Positions 22,111-32,369 of a stretch of 64,000 bases of DNA are shown here, in pieces. Under the pieces are notes generated by a model that saw only the letters and a program-made list of their open reading frames with translations, was not told the origin of the DNA and ran no database searches. A program made the translations under genes and the position numbers. Each line of letters begins with the position of its first letter. Within the stretch, counting starts at the first letter, position 1. This DNA is from an uncultured Gemmatimonadaceae bacterium (lineage in GTDB: Bacteria > Gemmatimonadota > Gemmatimonadetes > Gemmatimonadales > Gemmatimonadaceae): positions 1,696,001 to 1,760,000 of the forward strand of contig CAVXGK010000001.1 in assembly GCA_963761305.1 (NCBI GenBank), in the 5' to 3' direction.

Positions 22111-22180
22111 GGAGCAGGCGATCGTCGACGGGACGTGGCGTCCGCCGGGTATCGAGCGGGCATAACCAGTCCACGCTCGC

Positions 22181-24530
22181 TCATGGCCGACCCGCGCTCG
22201 CTGTAAGTGCGCGCAGCCGATCGCCGTACTGCTTGGCGAGCGCCGTGTCGCCCTGCTCTCGGTGGTAGCTCGCCAACGCCGCCAGCACATCACGATTGTT
22301 CTCGTCCAGCGCCAACAAATGATCGAGCAACGTGAGCGACGCCTTTGCCTTCCCGGTCGAGTACAGCGCGACCGCGTACGCGTAACCGAACCGCACGTTC
22401 GTCGGATCGAGCTCCGCGGCGCGCTGAAGCTCGGCGCGAGCGTCGTTGAGACGATGCAGTCGAATGAGCACGAGACCCAGCGCGTGGTGGAGCACCGCGC
22501 TCGCCGGCAGCTTTCGCGAGTCCGGATCGTAACACGCGCTCCGCGTCGGGATCGCGAGCCGTCTGCTGAGCGCGAAAGACGTCGGCGAGGTTTACGTACG
22601 CGGGTTGAAAGAAGGGATCGAGCCGGATCGCCTCCTCGAGCTCCGTCTGCGCGCGCGGCAGATCGCCCAGCTCCGCGTAGAAGGTGCCAAGGTTCGTTCG
22701 GGCGTCGGCGCGATCGGCGTCGTACTGTTGCGACGCCACGAATTCTCGCGACGCGCGCTCGAACGCCGCCTGTTGCTCCGACGACACGAACGCGGCGCCG
22801 GCCTGCAACTGCGTCGCCGCGATTCGCACGGCGCGCATCGAGTCGGAGAGAAGCGGCGTAGTCAGCGACGCGCGTTGCGACGGTTCGGCGAGCGTCAAAC
22901 CTTGCAACGCCCCAAGCCGCACGAGCGGGCTCGGGTCGTTGACGCCGTTGGCCAGCACATTGACCGCGTCGCGATCCGACGGCGGGAGCTCGGCCAGCGC
23001 CGTCGCGCGAGCGATCGCCGGTTGTGTCGTGTCGCCGGCCACTTCGCTCAATAGCCGGCGCGCGTCGGCCGAGCGCGCATCTGCGGCGGCGAAGGCGGCG
23101 GCGAACCGCTGAAGGCCTATGGGCGTTGCGCCACCGTTCCATGCCGACACCTGGCTCGCCGCCCACTGCGCTCCACGATCGGCGTGACACGACGAGCACG
23201 CGTTCGGCGTCCCGAGCGTGACCGACAGATCCGGACGTGGCACGCGGAAGCTGTGATCGCGCCGCGAATCCACCTTCATATATGTAGCGGCCGGCATGTG
23301 GCACGAGAGACAGGTGACGCCGGTTGCCGCTTGATGGTGACTGTGCGCGGGCGCGTCGTACTTGGCAGGGGAGTGACAGGTCGCGCAGACGGCCGCCCCC
23401 TGTGCGCGCAGTTCGCCGCTGTGCGGCTCATGGCAGTCGCTGCACGTGACGCCGTGCGCGTTCATGCGGCTCTGAAGGAACGACCCCCACTCGTACACCT
23501 CGGCGCGCTGCTGTCCGTCGGCGTGATACAGTGGGCTCGTCAGCAGCGCGGGTCTATAGAAGTCGAAGTACGGTTTTCCGGCGACGTACCCTTCCGCGAT
23601 CTCTCGGCGGCGCGAGTGGCACTGCGCGCACACTTGCAGCTCGCGATCGCTCGCTCGTTGCCGAGATCGGACTGCATTCCCGGTAGAAGCGTTCGCCACC
23701 CACGTGACGTGACGCCGCTCGTCGAGCTGCGCGGTAAGGCCCATCGTCGAATCCGTGCTCGAACGCGCAGCCGCCCACGCCAGATGTCGCGATCCGGGTC
23801 CGTGACACGCTTCGCAGCCGACGGCGATCTCCGACCATGTCGTGGCGAAGCTGTCCGCCGCGGCGACGTAATTCTTGCGCACGTTCGTCGAGTGGCAGTC
23901 GGCGCACATGTAGTTCCAGTTCTGCGCCGGCCGAGTCCAGTGCAGCTCGTCGTCGCTCGAGTGCACGTCAGGGTAAAGGCTGAACCAGTGCTGTCCCCCG
24001 CTCGCTGCCGGCCGGCTGTCCCACGCCGTCGTCAGCGCTTGCAGTCGGCCCTTTGAGAACGCGACGAGGTACTGCTGCAAGGGGGCCACGCCGAACGTAT
24101 ACGAAATCGCGAAATCGCCCGGGCGTCCGTCCGGCCCGTCGGTGTGGACGAAGAACTTGCCGTCCCGCTTGAAGAAGCCGCCCAGCACGCCGGCGGCGGC
24201 GGCGTTCGTGTTCTTGAAATTCGCGAGGACGCTCGAGCCCGTCGCAGCAGCCATCGCCGCGCTATGATGGGATCGGGACCAGCGTTGGCTTTCGGCCGCA
24301 TGACACGACCGGCACGCCGCACTCCCCACGAACTCTGTCGGTGGCGCCTCTCGATGCGGCGAGGAGGACTTCGAGAGCGTTGGGCCGCGGAGCACCCACA
24401 CGCCGAGCCCGACGACGGCAATCGCGGCCGTGGATCCGATTAGCAGCGTCGATCGCGAAAGCCACGTTCGTTTCGCGATCGGCGAGCGCTTCTGTGGTTT
24501 GCGCTTGGCGGGGTGCTGGCGCATGGACAC
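22181..24530 (-). CDS. Multiheme (8 CxxCH) cytochrome c with HEAT and TPR repeats (frameshift near 22500)
   Basis: CRSCH, CADCH, CEACH, CAQCH, CSDCH, CATCH, CLSCH, CSSCH; TPRs continue in ORF 22181-22495. Confidence 0.9.
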
Positions 24531-24577
24531 ACAAACGATCCATGCGCGCAGCTACGCCACCATTGGACTTTGGTCGC

Positions 24578-26335
24578 TTACTCGCTCGGGTGACCCTTCT
24601 TCTTCATCTCGGCCAGAATCCCGCTGAGGTTGTAGCTCTCAGGGTTCTGAAGCGGCGGGAATTTCGCGTACGTTTCCAACTCCCGCTCCCACAACTGCTG
24701 GCCAAGGGGGAGCATGTTCCAGTCGTACTGAAACGCGGTCAGCGGCCCACCAAGCGCGCCACCGAGACTCATCGCCGACTTCTGATCGACGCCGACGTTC
24801 TGTTCGAACGGATCGCGCTTGATGTTCTGGACGAGCGTGAAGTGGTACGGAATCAACGGCATGATCCAACCGGCCGGCCCGGGCTGCGACATCGTGTAGT
24901 ACATCTTCCAGTTCTTGTAACGCACCGCCGACGGCGTCGCGCCCGAGAAGTAGAAGAAGTAGTCGCGCGCTGACGTTTCGGTCTTGCACTCGAGGTAGTC
25001 GCGCTGATCGACGCCGTCGAGCGTGGTCTTGACGATGCCGGGGTACGCGCCCGCCTCGATTTCTTTCTTCAGGCTGTCGCCTTTTGGCCCACCGGCGATG
25101 TCGACGAGTGTCGGCAGCCAGTCCAGCGAGGCGAACATTTCGGTTGCCACCGTGTTCGCCGGGATATGCCCCGGCCAGCGAACCACCATCGGCGCTCGGT
25201 AGCCGCCCTCCCAAGCCTCGCCCTTCTGTCCCTTGAACGGTGTAATGCCGCCGTCGGGGAAGCTGATCTGCTCGGCTCCGTTGTCGGTCGTGAAGACGAC
25301 GATCGTGTTGTTGAGCTGGCCCATCTCTTCGAGCTTGTGGAGCACGACGCCGATGTTGTCGTCGAGCTGCTTCATGCCGGCTTCGTTCACGCCCCAATCC
25401 TTGCCGCCCCGCACGCCAAGCATGGCTTCGTACTTCGGCGAGAGCGCGGTCACGACGTGCATGCGCGCCGGATTATACCAGACGAAGAAGGGCTTGTTGG
25501 TCTTTTTCGGGTCGTTGCGATCGAGAAAATCGACGACTTTCGCCGAGATCTCCTCGTCCACCGTCTTCGATCGGTCGATCGTCAACGGCCCCTCGTCTTT
25601 GCACGTCTGGTTCTTCTCCGTCCCGTCGGCGGACTTGCACCAGATGATCGGGCGCGGCGGCATCAGGCAGATCGTCTTCTTCTGGTCAACCGCTCCCGGA
25701 ACCTCGGGGAGCCCCGGGACCGGCGTGTTCTTGCACGGTGGAGCGACGCCCTGGGTGTTCGGAGCCGAGTTGATGTCCGGGAAGCTCACCTGCTGCATTG
25801 CGTCGAGGTGGTAGAGATATCCCCAGAATTCCTGAAATCCGTGCGCCGTCGGCAAGGCCTCGGTGTGATCGCCCAAATGGTTCTTGCCGAATTCTCCCGT
25901 CGTGTAGCCGAGATCGCGCAGGAATACAGCGAGCGCCGGTGTGCCGGGCCGCAAATATGACGGACTGCCCGGCAGTTGCGGCGGGATCATCCCCGTGCGC
26001 AGCGGATACATGCCGGTAAAGAACGCGTTGCGCCCGGACGTGCAGCTCTGCTCGGCCAAGTAGTCGACGAACATCGCACCCTCGTGACCGATGCGGTCGA
26101 TGTTCGGCGTTTCGCCGACCATGAGCCCGCGATGGTAGATGCTCGGCTGCATCCAGCCGATGTCATCTCCCATGATGAAGAGAATGTTCGGCTGGCCGGT
26201 CATGTGCTGCGTCGACTGCGCGCCAGCTCCAGCTGAGCACAGCGCCACGAGCCCGGCGGCGGCTGTCCATCGCAGCGCTCGCCGGCCGTTACGAGATCCT
26301 GAACGATCGTCCCACGTCATCTTGAACCTCTGCAT
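24578..26335 (-). CDS. Arylsulfatase (FGly-dependent)
   Basis: PNILFIMGDDIGW, SCTSGRNAFFTG, GKNHLGD and TTDNG motifs; signal peptide. Confidence 0.93.
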   Translation of the reverse strand: MQRFKMTWDDRSGSRNGRRALRWTAAAGLVALCSAGAGAQSTQHMTGQPNILFIMGDDIGWMQPSIYHRGLMVGETPNIDRIGHEGAMFVDYLAEQSCTSGRNAFFTGMYPLRTGMIPPQLPGSPSYLRPGTPALAVFLRDLGYTTGEFGKNHLGDHTEALPTAHGFQEFWGYLYHLDAMQQVSFPDINSAPNTQGVAPPCKNTPVPGLPEVPGAVDQKKTICLMPPRPIIWCKSADGTEKNQTCKDEGPLTIDRSKTVDEEISAKVVDFLDRNDPKKTNKPFFVWYNPARMHVVTALSPKYEAMLGVRGGKDWGVNEAGMKQLDDNIGVVLHKLEEMGQLNNTIVVFTTDNGAEQISFPDGGITPFKGQKGEAWEGGYRAPMVVRWPGHIPANTVATEMFASLDWLPTLVDIAGGPKGDSLKKEIEAGAYPGIVKTTLDGVDQRDYLECKTETSARDYFFYFSGATPSAVRYKNWKMYYTMSQPGPAGWIMPLIPYHFTLVQNIKRDPFEQNVGVDQKSAMSLGGALGGPLTAFQYDWNMLPLGQQLWERELETYAKFPPLQNPESYNLSGILAEMKKKGHPSE

Positions 26336-26545
26336 CGAAATGTTCTGAGCGTTTCGCCAACACCGTCGCGCGGGTCAGCCACTCTGCGTGCGTCGCCGAG
26401 GGCTCGATCCGCACGGGAAACCGATGCATGCTGATTCACGAGTTGAGCCAAATGTGGCCCATCACACGGGTCCACCGTTCCACCGTTCCACTGGTCCACC
26501 GTCCACCGGTCCACCCGTCCACCCGTCCACCCGTCCACCCACTCT

Positions 26546-27265
26546 TCAGGCCAGCGTCACCTTTCCCGACGCGAGATCGTAGACCCCGGCGATCACCTTG
26601 ATGGATCCCTTGCTCGCCGCGTCTTTAATGACGGTCGAGGACGTGCGCAGCAGATCGGCCTGCAATCGCGCATTGGCCTCGACGGCCGCGTCGATGTTGC
26701 CGTTGGCGCGTTCGACGGCGGGACGGAGATACGCGTACAGCGAGCTGATTTGTCCAGGGACCTCTTCCGATTGCATCGCCGCCTTCACGGCGCCGCAGTT
26801 CTGATGGCCGAGCACGACGAGCGCACTGACCCCGAGCTCGGCGACGCCGTACTCGAGGCTCGCGATGATCTCCGGCGTCGCGACGTTCCCGGCGACGCGC
26901 GTCACGAACAGACGGCCGATCGATTGATCGAAGACGAGTTCGACGGGAACGCGCGAGTCCGCGCACCCGAGCACGGCGGCAAATGGTTCCTGCTTTTCGA
27001 CCGTGTGCTCTCTCAGCGCCGACAAGTCACTGTTGCTGGACGTCAATCGGCCGGCGGCGAATCGCTGGTTGCCGGCGACGAGCTCTCGAATGGCCTCGTC
27101 GGGCGACAGCTTCGTCGAACGCCGGGTGCTGCCCCGCTCATCAGTCAGGCCGCGCATCGTCGCCGACGTCGTGCGGGTCGCAAGGAACGGGGCCAGACGA
27201 GCGCTTCCCAACGCACCGACCGCCCACGCCTGCGCGTTCGACAGCAAGAACTCGCGCCTCTTCAT
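26546..27265 (-). CDS. Beta-class carbonic anhydrase, Tat-exported
   Basis: MKRREFL twin-arginine leader; CADSRVP, RVAGN, GHQNCGAV. Confidence 0.95.
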   Translation of the reverse strand: MKRREFLLSNAQAWAVGALGSARLAPFLATRTTSATMRGLTDERGSTRRSTKLSPDEAIRELVAGNQRFAAGRLTSSNSDLSALREHTVEKQEPFAAVLGCADSRVPVELVFDQSIGRLFVTRVAGNVATPEIIASLEYGVAELGVSALVVLGHQNCGAVKAAMQSEEVPGQISSLYAYLRPAVERANGNIDAAVEANARLQADLLRTSSTVIKDAASKGSIKVIAGVYDLASGKVTLA

Positions 27266-27504
27266 CGTTGACTCCGAGTGAACGTCGCCGATCCGAGAGA
27301 GAATCGCGGCGCCTGGGGCTTCGCGGCGTTTGGACGAAGGCCGTAGGCGGCTGGGCCTGGCCGCCCCCGATCCACCGGTCCACCGGTCCACCGCGCCCAC
27401 CCGCCAACACTCCCCGGCGCCGGGTCGTAACGCTATTGTCGTAACAGGCCCAAGCGCCTGGGGCGACCCCCCGCCCTTCCCTCCAATCCAACCGCAGGAA
27501 ACGT

Positions 27505-30500
27505 ATGCAACGCACGCGTTTGCTCGCCGCCGTCGCCTCCGGTGTCGCGCTCATGTCGACCACCGGACTCGCCTCCGCGCAGGGACTCGACTCGACCGTC
27601 ACCAGCGCCTTCAAGTGGCGCCAGATCGGTCCGTCCAACTTCATGGGCCGCGTTTCGGACGTTCAGGGAATACCAAGTCCGTCCAAGACCCTCTACGTCG
27701 CCGCCGCCGGCGGCGGAATCTGGAAGTCCAACAACTTCGGCATCACCTGGCGACCGGTGTTCGACGACAAGGACGTCGCCGCGTTCGGCATGCTCGCCAT
27801 CGCGCCGAGTGATACGAACGTCATTTACGCCGGCACCGGCGAGCCCAACTCGCGCAACACGATCGAGCCGGGCGACGGCGTCTACAAGTCCACCGACGGC
27901 GGGCTCCACTGGACCCACATCGGGCTCGAGAAGACACAGCACATCGGCCGCATCCAGGTCGACCCGCGGAACGCCAATACGGTATATGTCGCGGCGTTGG
28001 GGCCGGCGTGGAAATCGGGCGGTGACCGCGGTCTCTACAAGACCACCGACGGCGGCGCGACGTGGAAGCTCATCAAGGCGCCGGCGAACGACAAAACCGG
28101 CGCGGTCGACGTCCAGATCGATCCGTCGAATCCCGACGTCATCTATCTCTCGATGTGGGAGCGCTATCGCACGCCGTACTCGCTCTTCTCGGGCGGCGTC
28201 GGTTCGGGTCTCTTCAAGTCCACCGACGCCGGCGCGACGTGGACGGAGATCAAGGGCAACGGATACCCCGAAGGTCCCAAGGGCCGCATCGGTCTCGCCA
28301 TCTCGCGCTCGAATCCGCAGGTCGTCTACGCGCTCACCGAAGCCAGTTCGATCGAGCCCGGGCCGGTCAAGTTGAACACCGCGGCCAACGCGAAGGCGAA
28401 CGGTCTCTATCGCTCGACCGACGCCGGCAAGACGTGGCAGCACATGAACAACATCGACACGCGCCCGTTCTATTACTCGCAAGTGCGCGTCGATCCAAGA
28501 ACTCGAGAACCGCGTCTACTTCTCGTCGACGGAACTCCAAGTCTCGAACGACGGCGGCAAGACGACGATGAACGCGGCCCAGAGCGTCCACGTCGACGAC
28601 CACTCCATCTGGATCGATCCGAACGACGGCGAGCGGTGGGTGATCGGCATGGACGGCGGCATCGCCATCACCTACGACCGCGGCGGCAACTTCTGGTATC
28701 CGGAAAACCTGCCGATCGGCCAGTTCTACGACGTCAGCTTCGACTACGCCGTTCCATATAACGTCTGCTCCGGCGCGCAGGACAACGGCGCGTGGTGCGG
28801 GCCGAGCCGCCGTCGTCAGACGCCGCTGAACAACACGTACTGGTTCACGATCAGCGGCGGCGACGGATTCTATACGGCGCAGGATCCGACGAACCCCGAC
28901 ATGGTCTGGGGCGAGTCGCAGAACGCCGGCATCCAGCAGACGAATCTCAAGACGGGCGAACGCGGACGCGTCAACAAGCCGGCGTGGAACGATCGCTATC
29001 GCATGTGGGAGGACTCGATCGCCCTCGTGCGCGGCGATCCGCTCGAGCAGGAAACGCCGGACATGGCGAAGAAAATCGCCGAGCTCCGCGTCGAGCAGAA
29101 GAAAGATTCGGCCGATCTGCAGATTCGCTACAACTGGGAATCGCCCTACTTCCTCTCGCCGCACAACCCGCAGGTCTTCTACCTCGGCGGCAGCAGAGTT
29201 CTGAAGTCGCTGAAGCGCGGCGAAGATCTCTACCCGATCTCGCCGGATCTCTCGGTCAAGAAGGATCCCGCCCAGGAAAAAGCGCGCCTCGCCCGGCTCG
29301 ACACCGTCGACAAGTACACCGGCGGCATCACGCTCGACCTGACCGGCGCCGAGGCGTACGGAACGGTCGTGGCGATGCAGGAATCGCCGCTCAAGCCGGG
29401 GCTGCTGCTCGCCGGCACGGACGACGGCAACGTGTGGATCACCCACAACGACGGCGCCGTGTGGGACGATCTCACGCCCAAGTTCGCCGCACTCGGCGTG
29501 CCGTGGGACGCGTACGTCGTGCGCGTCGAGCCCTCGCACTTCGACACGTTGTCGTTCTACGTCGCATTCGAGAACCATCGCTGGAACGACTTCAAGCCGT
29601 ACCTGTTCGCGACCAACGACGGCGGCAAGACCTTCAAGTCGATCGTGAACAACCTCCCGACGTCGAGCCCCCAGGATTATCTGCACGTGATCCGCGAGGA
29701 TCCGCACAACCGAGACCTGCTGTTCGTCGGCAGCTCGCGTACGGTGTACGCGTCGATCGATCGCGGCGCGACGTGGAGCCGGTTGAGCAACAACCTGCCG
29801 ACAGTGCCGGTGTTCGACCTGCAGATTCATCCGCGCGATCACGAACTGATCGCGGCGACGCACGGCCGCAGCATCTGGGTCGTCGACATCGCGGCGCTCG
29901 AGGAGATGACGCCCAAGGTGCTGGCGCAGGGCACGTATCTGTTCAAGCCAAAGACGGCGTTTCAGTGGGGCGAAGGGTCCGCAACTGAACCTGCCGGGCA
30001 ACGGCTGGGGTCAGGCGCAGATGACGTACGCGAACCCGCCGTTCGGCGCCGACATCGTGTATCGTCTCGCGAGCGGTGCGCCGGCCAACGTGCGTCTCAT
30101 CGTCTCGAACGCCGCCGGCGACACGCTGGCGAGCATCAACGCGCCGGGCGGCACGGGCGTGCACCACGCCGACTGGAATTTCCAGGAAGCGCGTCCGCGC
30201 GGCGAACGGGCCGAGCTCTCGCCGTCGCAGAAGCGTGACAGCATCCTGCTGCACGCGCGCGCGCCGATGGTGCTCGACTCATTGATGAAATCCGGTTACG
30301 ACACGGCGGCGATTCGCCAAGTGCGCGCGCAGGTGAACATCCTGAGCAACCCGCAGCAAGTCGCGCAGTTCGGCGGCCGCGGCGGTGGTGGTGGCGGCCG
30401 AGGCGGCGCCGGTGGTCAGCCGTGCGAACACCCGACGACGCAGTGGGAGACTTTCTGCGCGCGTCCGGCTGAAGGAGTTGGTACGCGTCGCGGCGGTGGC

Positions 30501-30923
30501 GCTTTCGCCGGAGTCGACTCCGCGACGGCTGCCGCGTTCGCACCGGCGGCGACCGCCGGCGTGAACGTTCCCGCGGGCGGTGCGCGGGGCGGACGTGGTG
30601 GTGGACGCGGCGGTCGTGGTGCCGCAGCTGGTGCCGATCTCTCACCCATTCAGCACATCTGGTCGCTCATCGGGATGAATCCGCCCGTCGTCGGTGGCCG
30701 CGGTGGTGGGGGGGGCGGCGGCGGCTTCGGTGGCGGTGCGGGCGCGAACATGGCCAACACGGGCGATTATCTCGTGACCATGACCGTGAACGGACAGACG
30801 TACAAGCAGACGTTCCGGGTCGAACGCATCAGTGGTGGAGGCGAAGTCGGCGTCGTGTTCGGCAAGGACGCGAACCACGACCAGATGGGTCACTACACGC
30901 CGCAGACTCCTCAGCAGCGCTAG
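27505..30923 (+). CDS. Large secreted VPS10/sortilin-like (BNR repeat) glycosyl-hydrolase-like protein (frameshifts near 28500 and 29980)
   Basis: WRQIGP..GR, repeated KSTDGGxTW Asp-boxes, LIAATHGRSIW; joined from three ORFs. Confidence 0.88.
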
Positions 30924-30971
30924 GCCTACGCACCGGTGGCTCCGCGCACCGGTGGCTCCGAGCTCCGCGCG

Positions 30972-31320
30972 CCGGGAGCTCGGGGTGGGACTGTCCTCCG
31001 CGGACCGCTCGCAGTATTGCCGATACAGCCTGGCAATACTGCAACGGCTCCGCTCCGGACAATCCCACCCGCTCGCTCACTCGAATCGCCGAACGACAGA
31101 CTGCGTGAGCGCATAGGTGTGCGGTGCGCTCGCCGGCGCGCGCATGAGACCGCGACCGCAGGACCGACGCGCGCGCGCACCAGCCGGAGTTTCACGCGCC
31201 CACGGAGGCAGCGCCCGAGACGGCCCGGGGTCTGGAGCGCGAGCCGTTGCAGTATTGCCGGCAGTATCGGCAATACTGCGAGCGGTCGCGCGGAACGACC
31301 CCGGGCGGCTCGGGCGCGTG
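30972..31320. repeat. Fold-back repeat family B, copy 1 (REP-doublet/REPIN-like)
   Basis: Inverted ~50-bp arms GACCGCTCGCAGTATTGCCGATAC..GGCAATACTGCAACGGCTC / GAGCCGTTGCAGTATTGCC..GGCAATACTGCGAGCGGTC. Confidence 0.93.
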
Positions 31321-31473
31321 AAGCCCACCTCGGGCGCGTGAACACGCGAACGACAGCTCGGGCGCGTGAAGCCCAGCTCACGCACGCGAATGACGCGCAT
31401 CCGGTCGAGATCGGTTGGCTTTTCTTTCGCGCCGATCGCGATATCCTGACACGACACAACAACGGCTCGGCCA

Positions 31474-31845
31474 ATGTCATCGATGCACCGCACCATCACC
31501 GGCGACGTACTGGTTCAGCACCTCGCGTCCGACGTGATGACGATCGACCAGCATCTCCTGGCGACGCATGGCCGGAGCGCGCGAACGCTGGTGAAGGAGG
31601 GTCCGCTCCGCCTCACGATCATGGGACTCGCCGCCGGCGGAGAACTGCCGCCCCACAGCACCGACAATCCGGTATCGATTCAGGTCATCCGGGGCGACGT
31701 CACGTTCTTCGCCCTCGAGAAAGCGTACGCGCTCGTCGCCGGCGACGTCCTGATCTTCGCGCCCGGCGTCGAACACGCCGCACGGTCAAACGCCGGCGCG
31801 TCCTTCTTACTCACCGTCGCGTTCGTCCGCAGTTCGGGCGAATAG
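31474..31845 (+). CDS. Cupin-domain protein
   Basis: ARTLVKEGPLRLT..ELPPH..SIQVIRG..GDVLIFAPGVEH. Confidence 0.88.
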   Translation: MSSMHRTITGDVLVQHLASDVMTIDQHLLATHGRSARTLVKEGPLRLTIMGLAAGGELPPHSTDNPVSIQVIRGDVTFFALEKAYALVAGDVLIFAPGVEHAARSNAGASFLLTVAFVRSSGE

Positions 31846-31879
31846 ATCTCGTTTAGACGTCGTGCGCGCCGTCTAAAGC

Positions 31880-32268
31880 CCGGGGCTCGGAGTGGGACTG
31901 TCCTCCGCGGACCGCTCGCAGTATTGCCGATACTGCCGGCAATACTGCAACGGCTCCGCTCCGGACAGCCCCACCCGCTCGCCCCCGCGAGTCGGCGAAC
32001 GACAGACTGCGAGCGTGCGTCGGCGCGCGTCGCGCTCACCGGCGCGCGCAGGACACCGCGACCGCAGGACGTGCGCGCGCGTGACGCCACGACCGCAGGA
32101 GGACGCGCGCGCGCGCGCTTGCGGCACCCAGACGGAACCTCACGCGCCCACGGAGGCAGCGCCCGAGACGACCCGGGGTCTGGAGCGCGAGCCGTTGCAG
32201 TATTGCCGGCCGTATCGGCAATACTGCGAGCGGTCGCGCGGAACGACCCCGGGCGGCTCGGGCGCGTG
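31880..32268. repeat. Fold-back repeat family B, copy 2
   Basis: Near-identical arms to copy 1; longer spacer with duplicated CGACCGCAGGA. Confidence 0.93.
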
Positions 32269-32369
32269 ACACACACGCGAGATCAATGTCGACGACCGGC
32301 CCGATGACCCGCGTGGGTCGCACGCAAGAGAGGCGGCCGCTACATTAGCGCGTCGTTTCCCTCCCTCGC

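Noticed and set aside
30926..32323. ORFs containing QYCRYCRQYC or AVLPILPAILQR peptides (also at 35093-35478)
   Set aside because: They are translations of palindromic repeat family B, not proteins.
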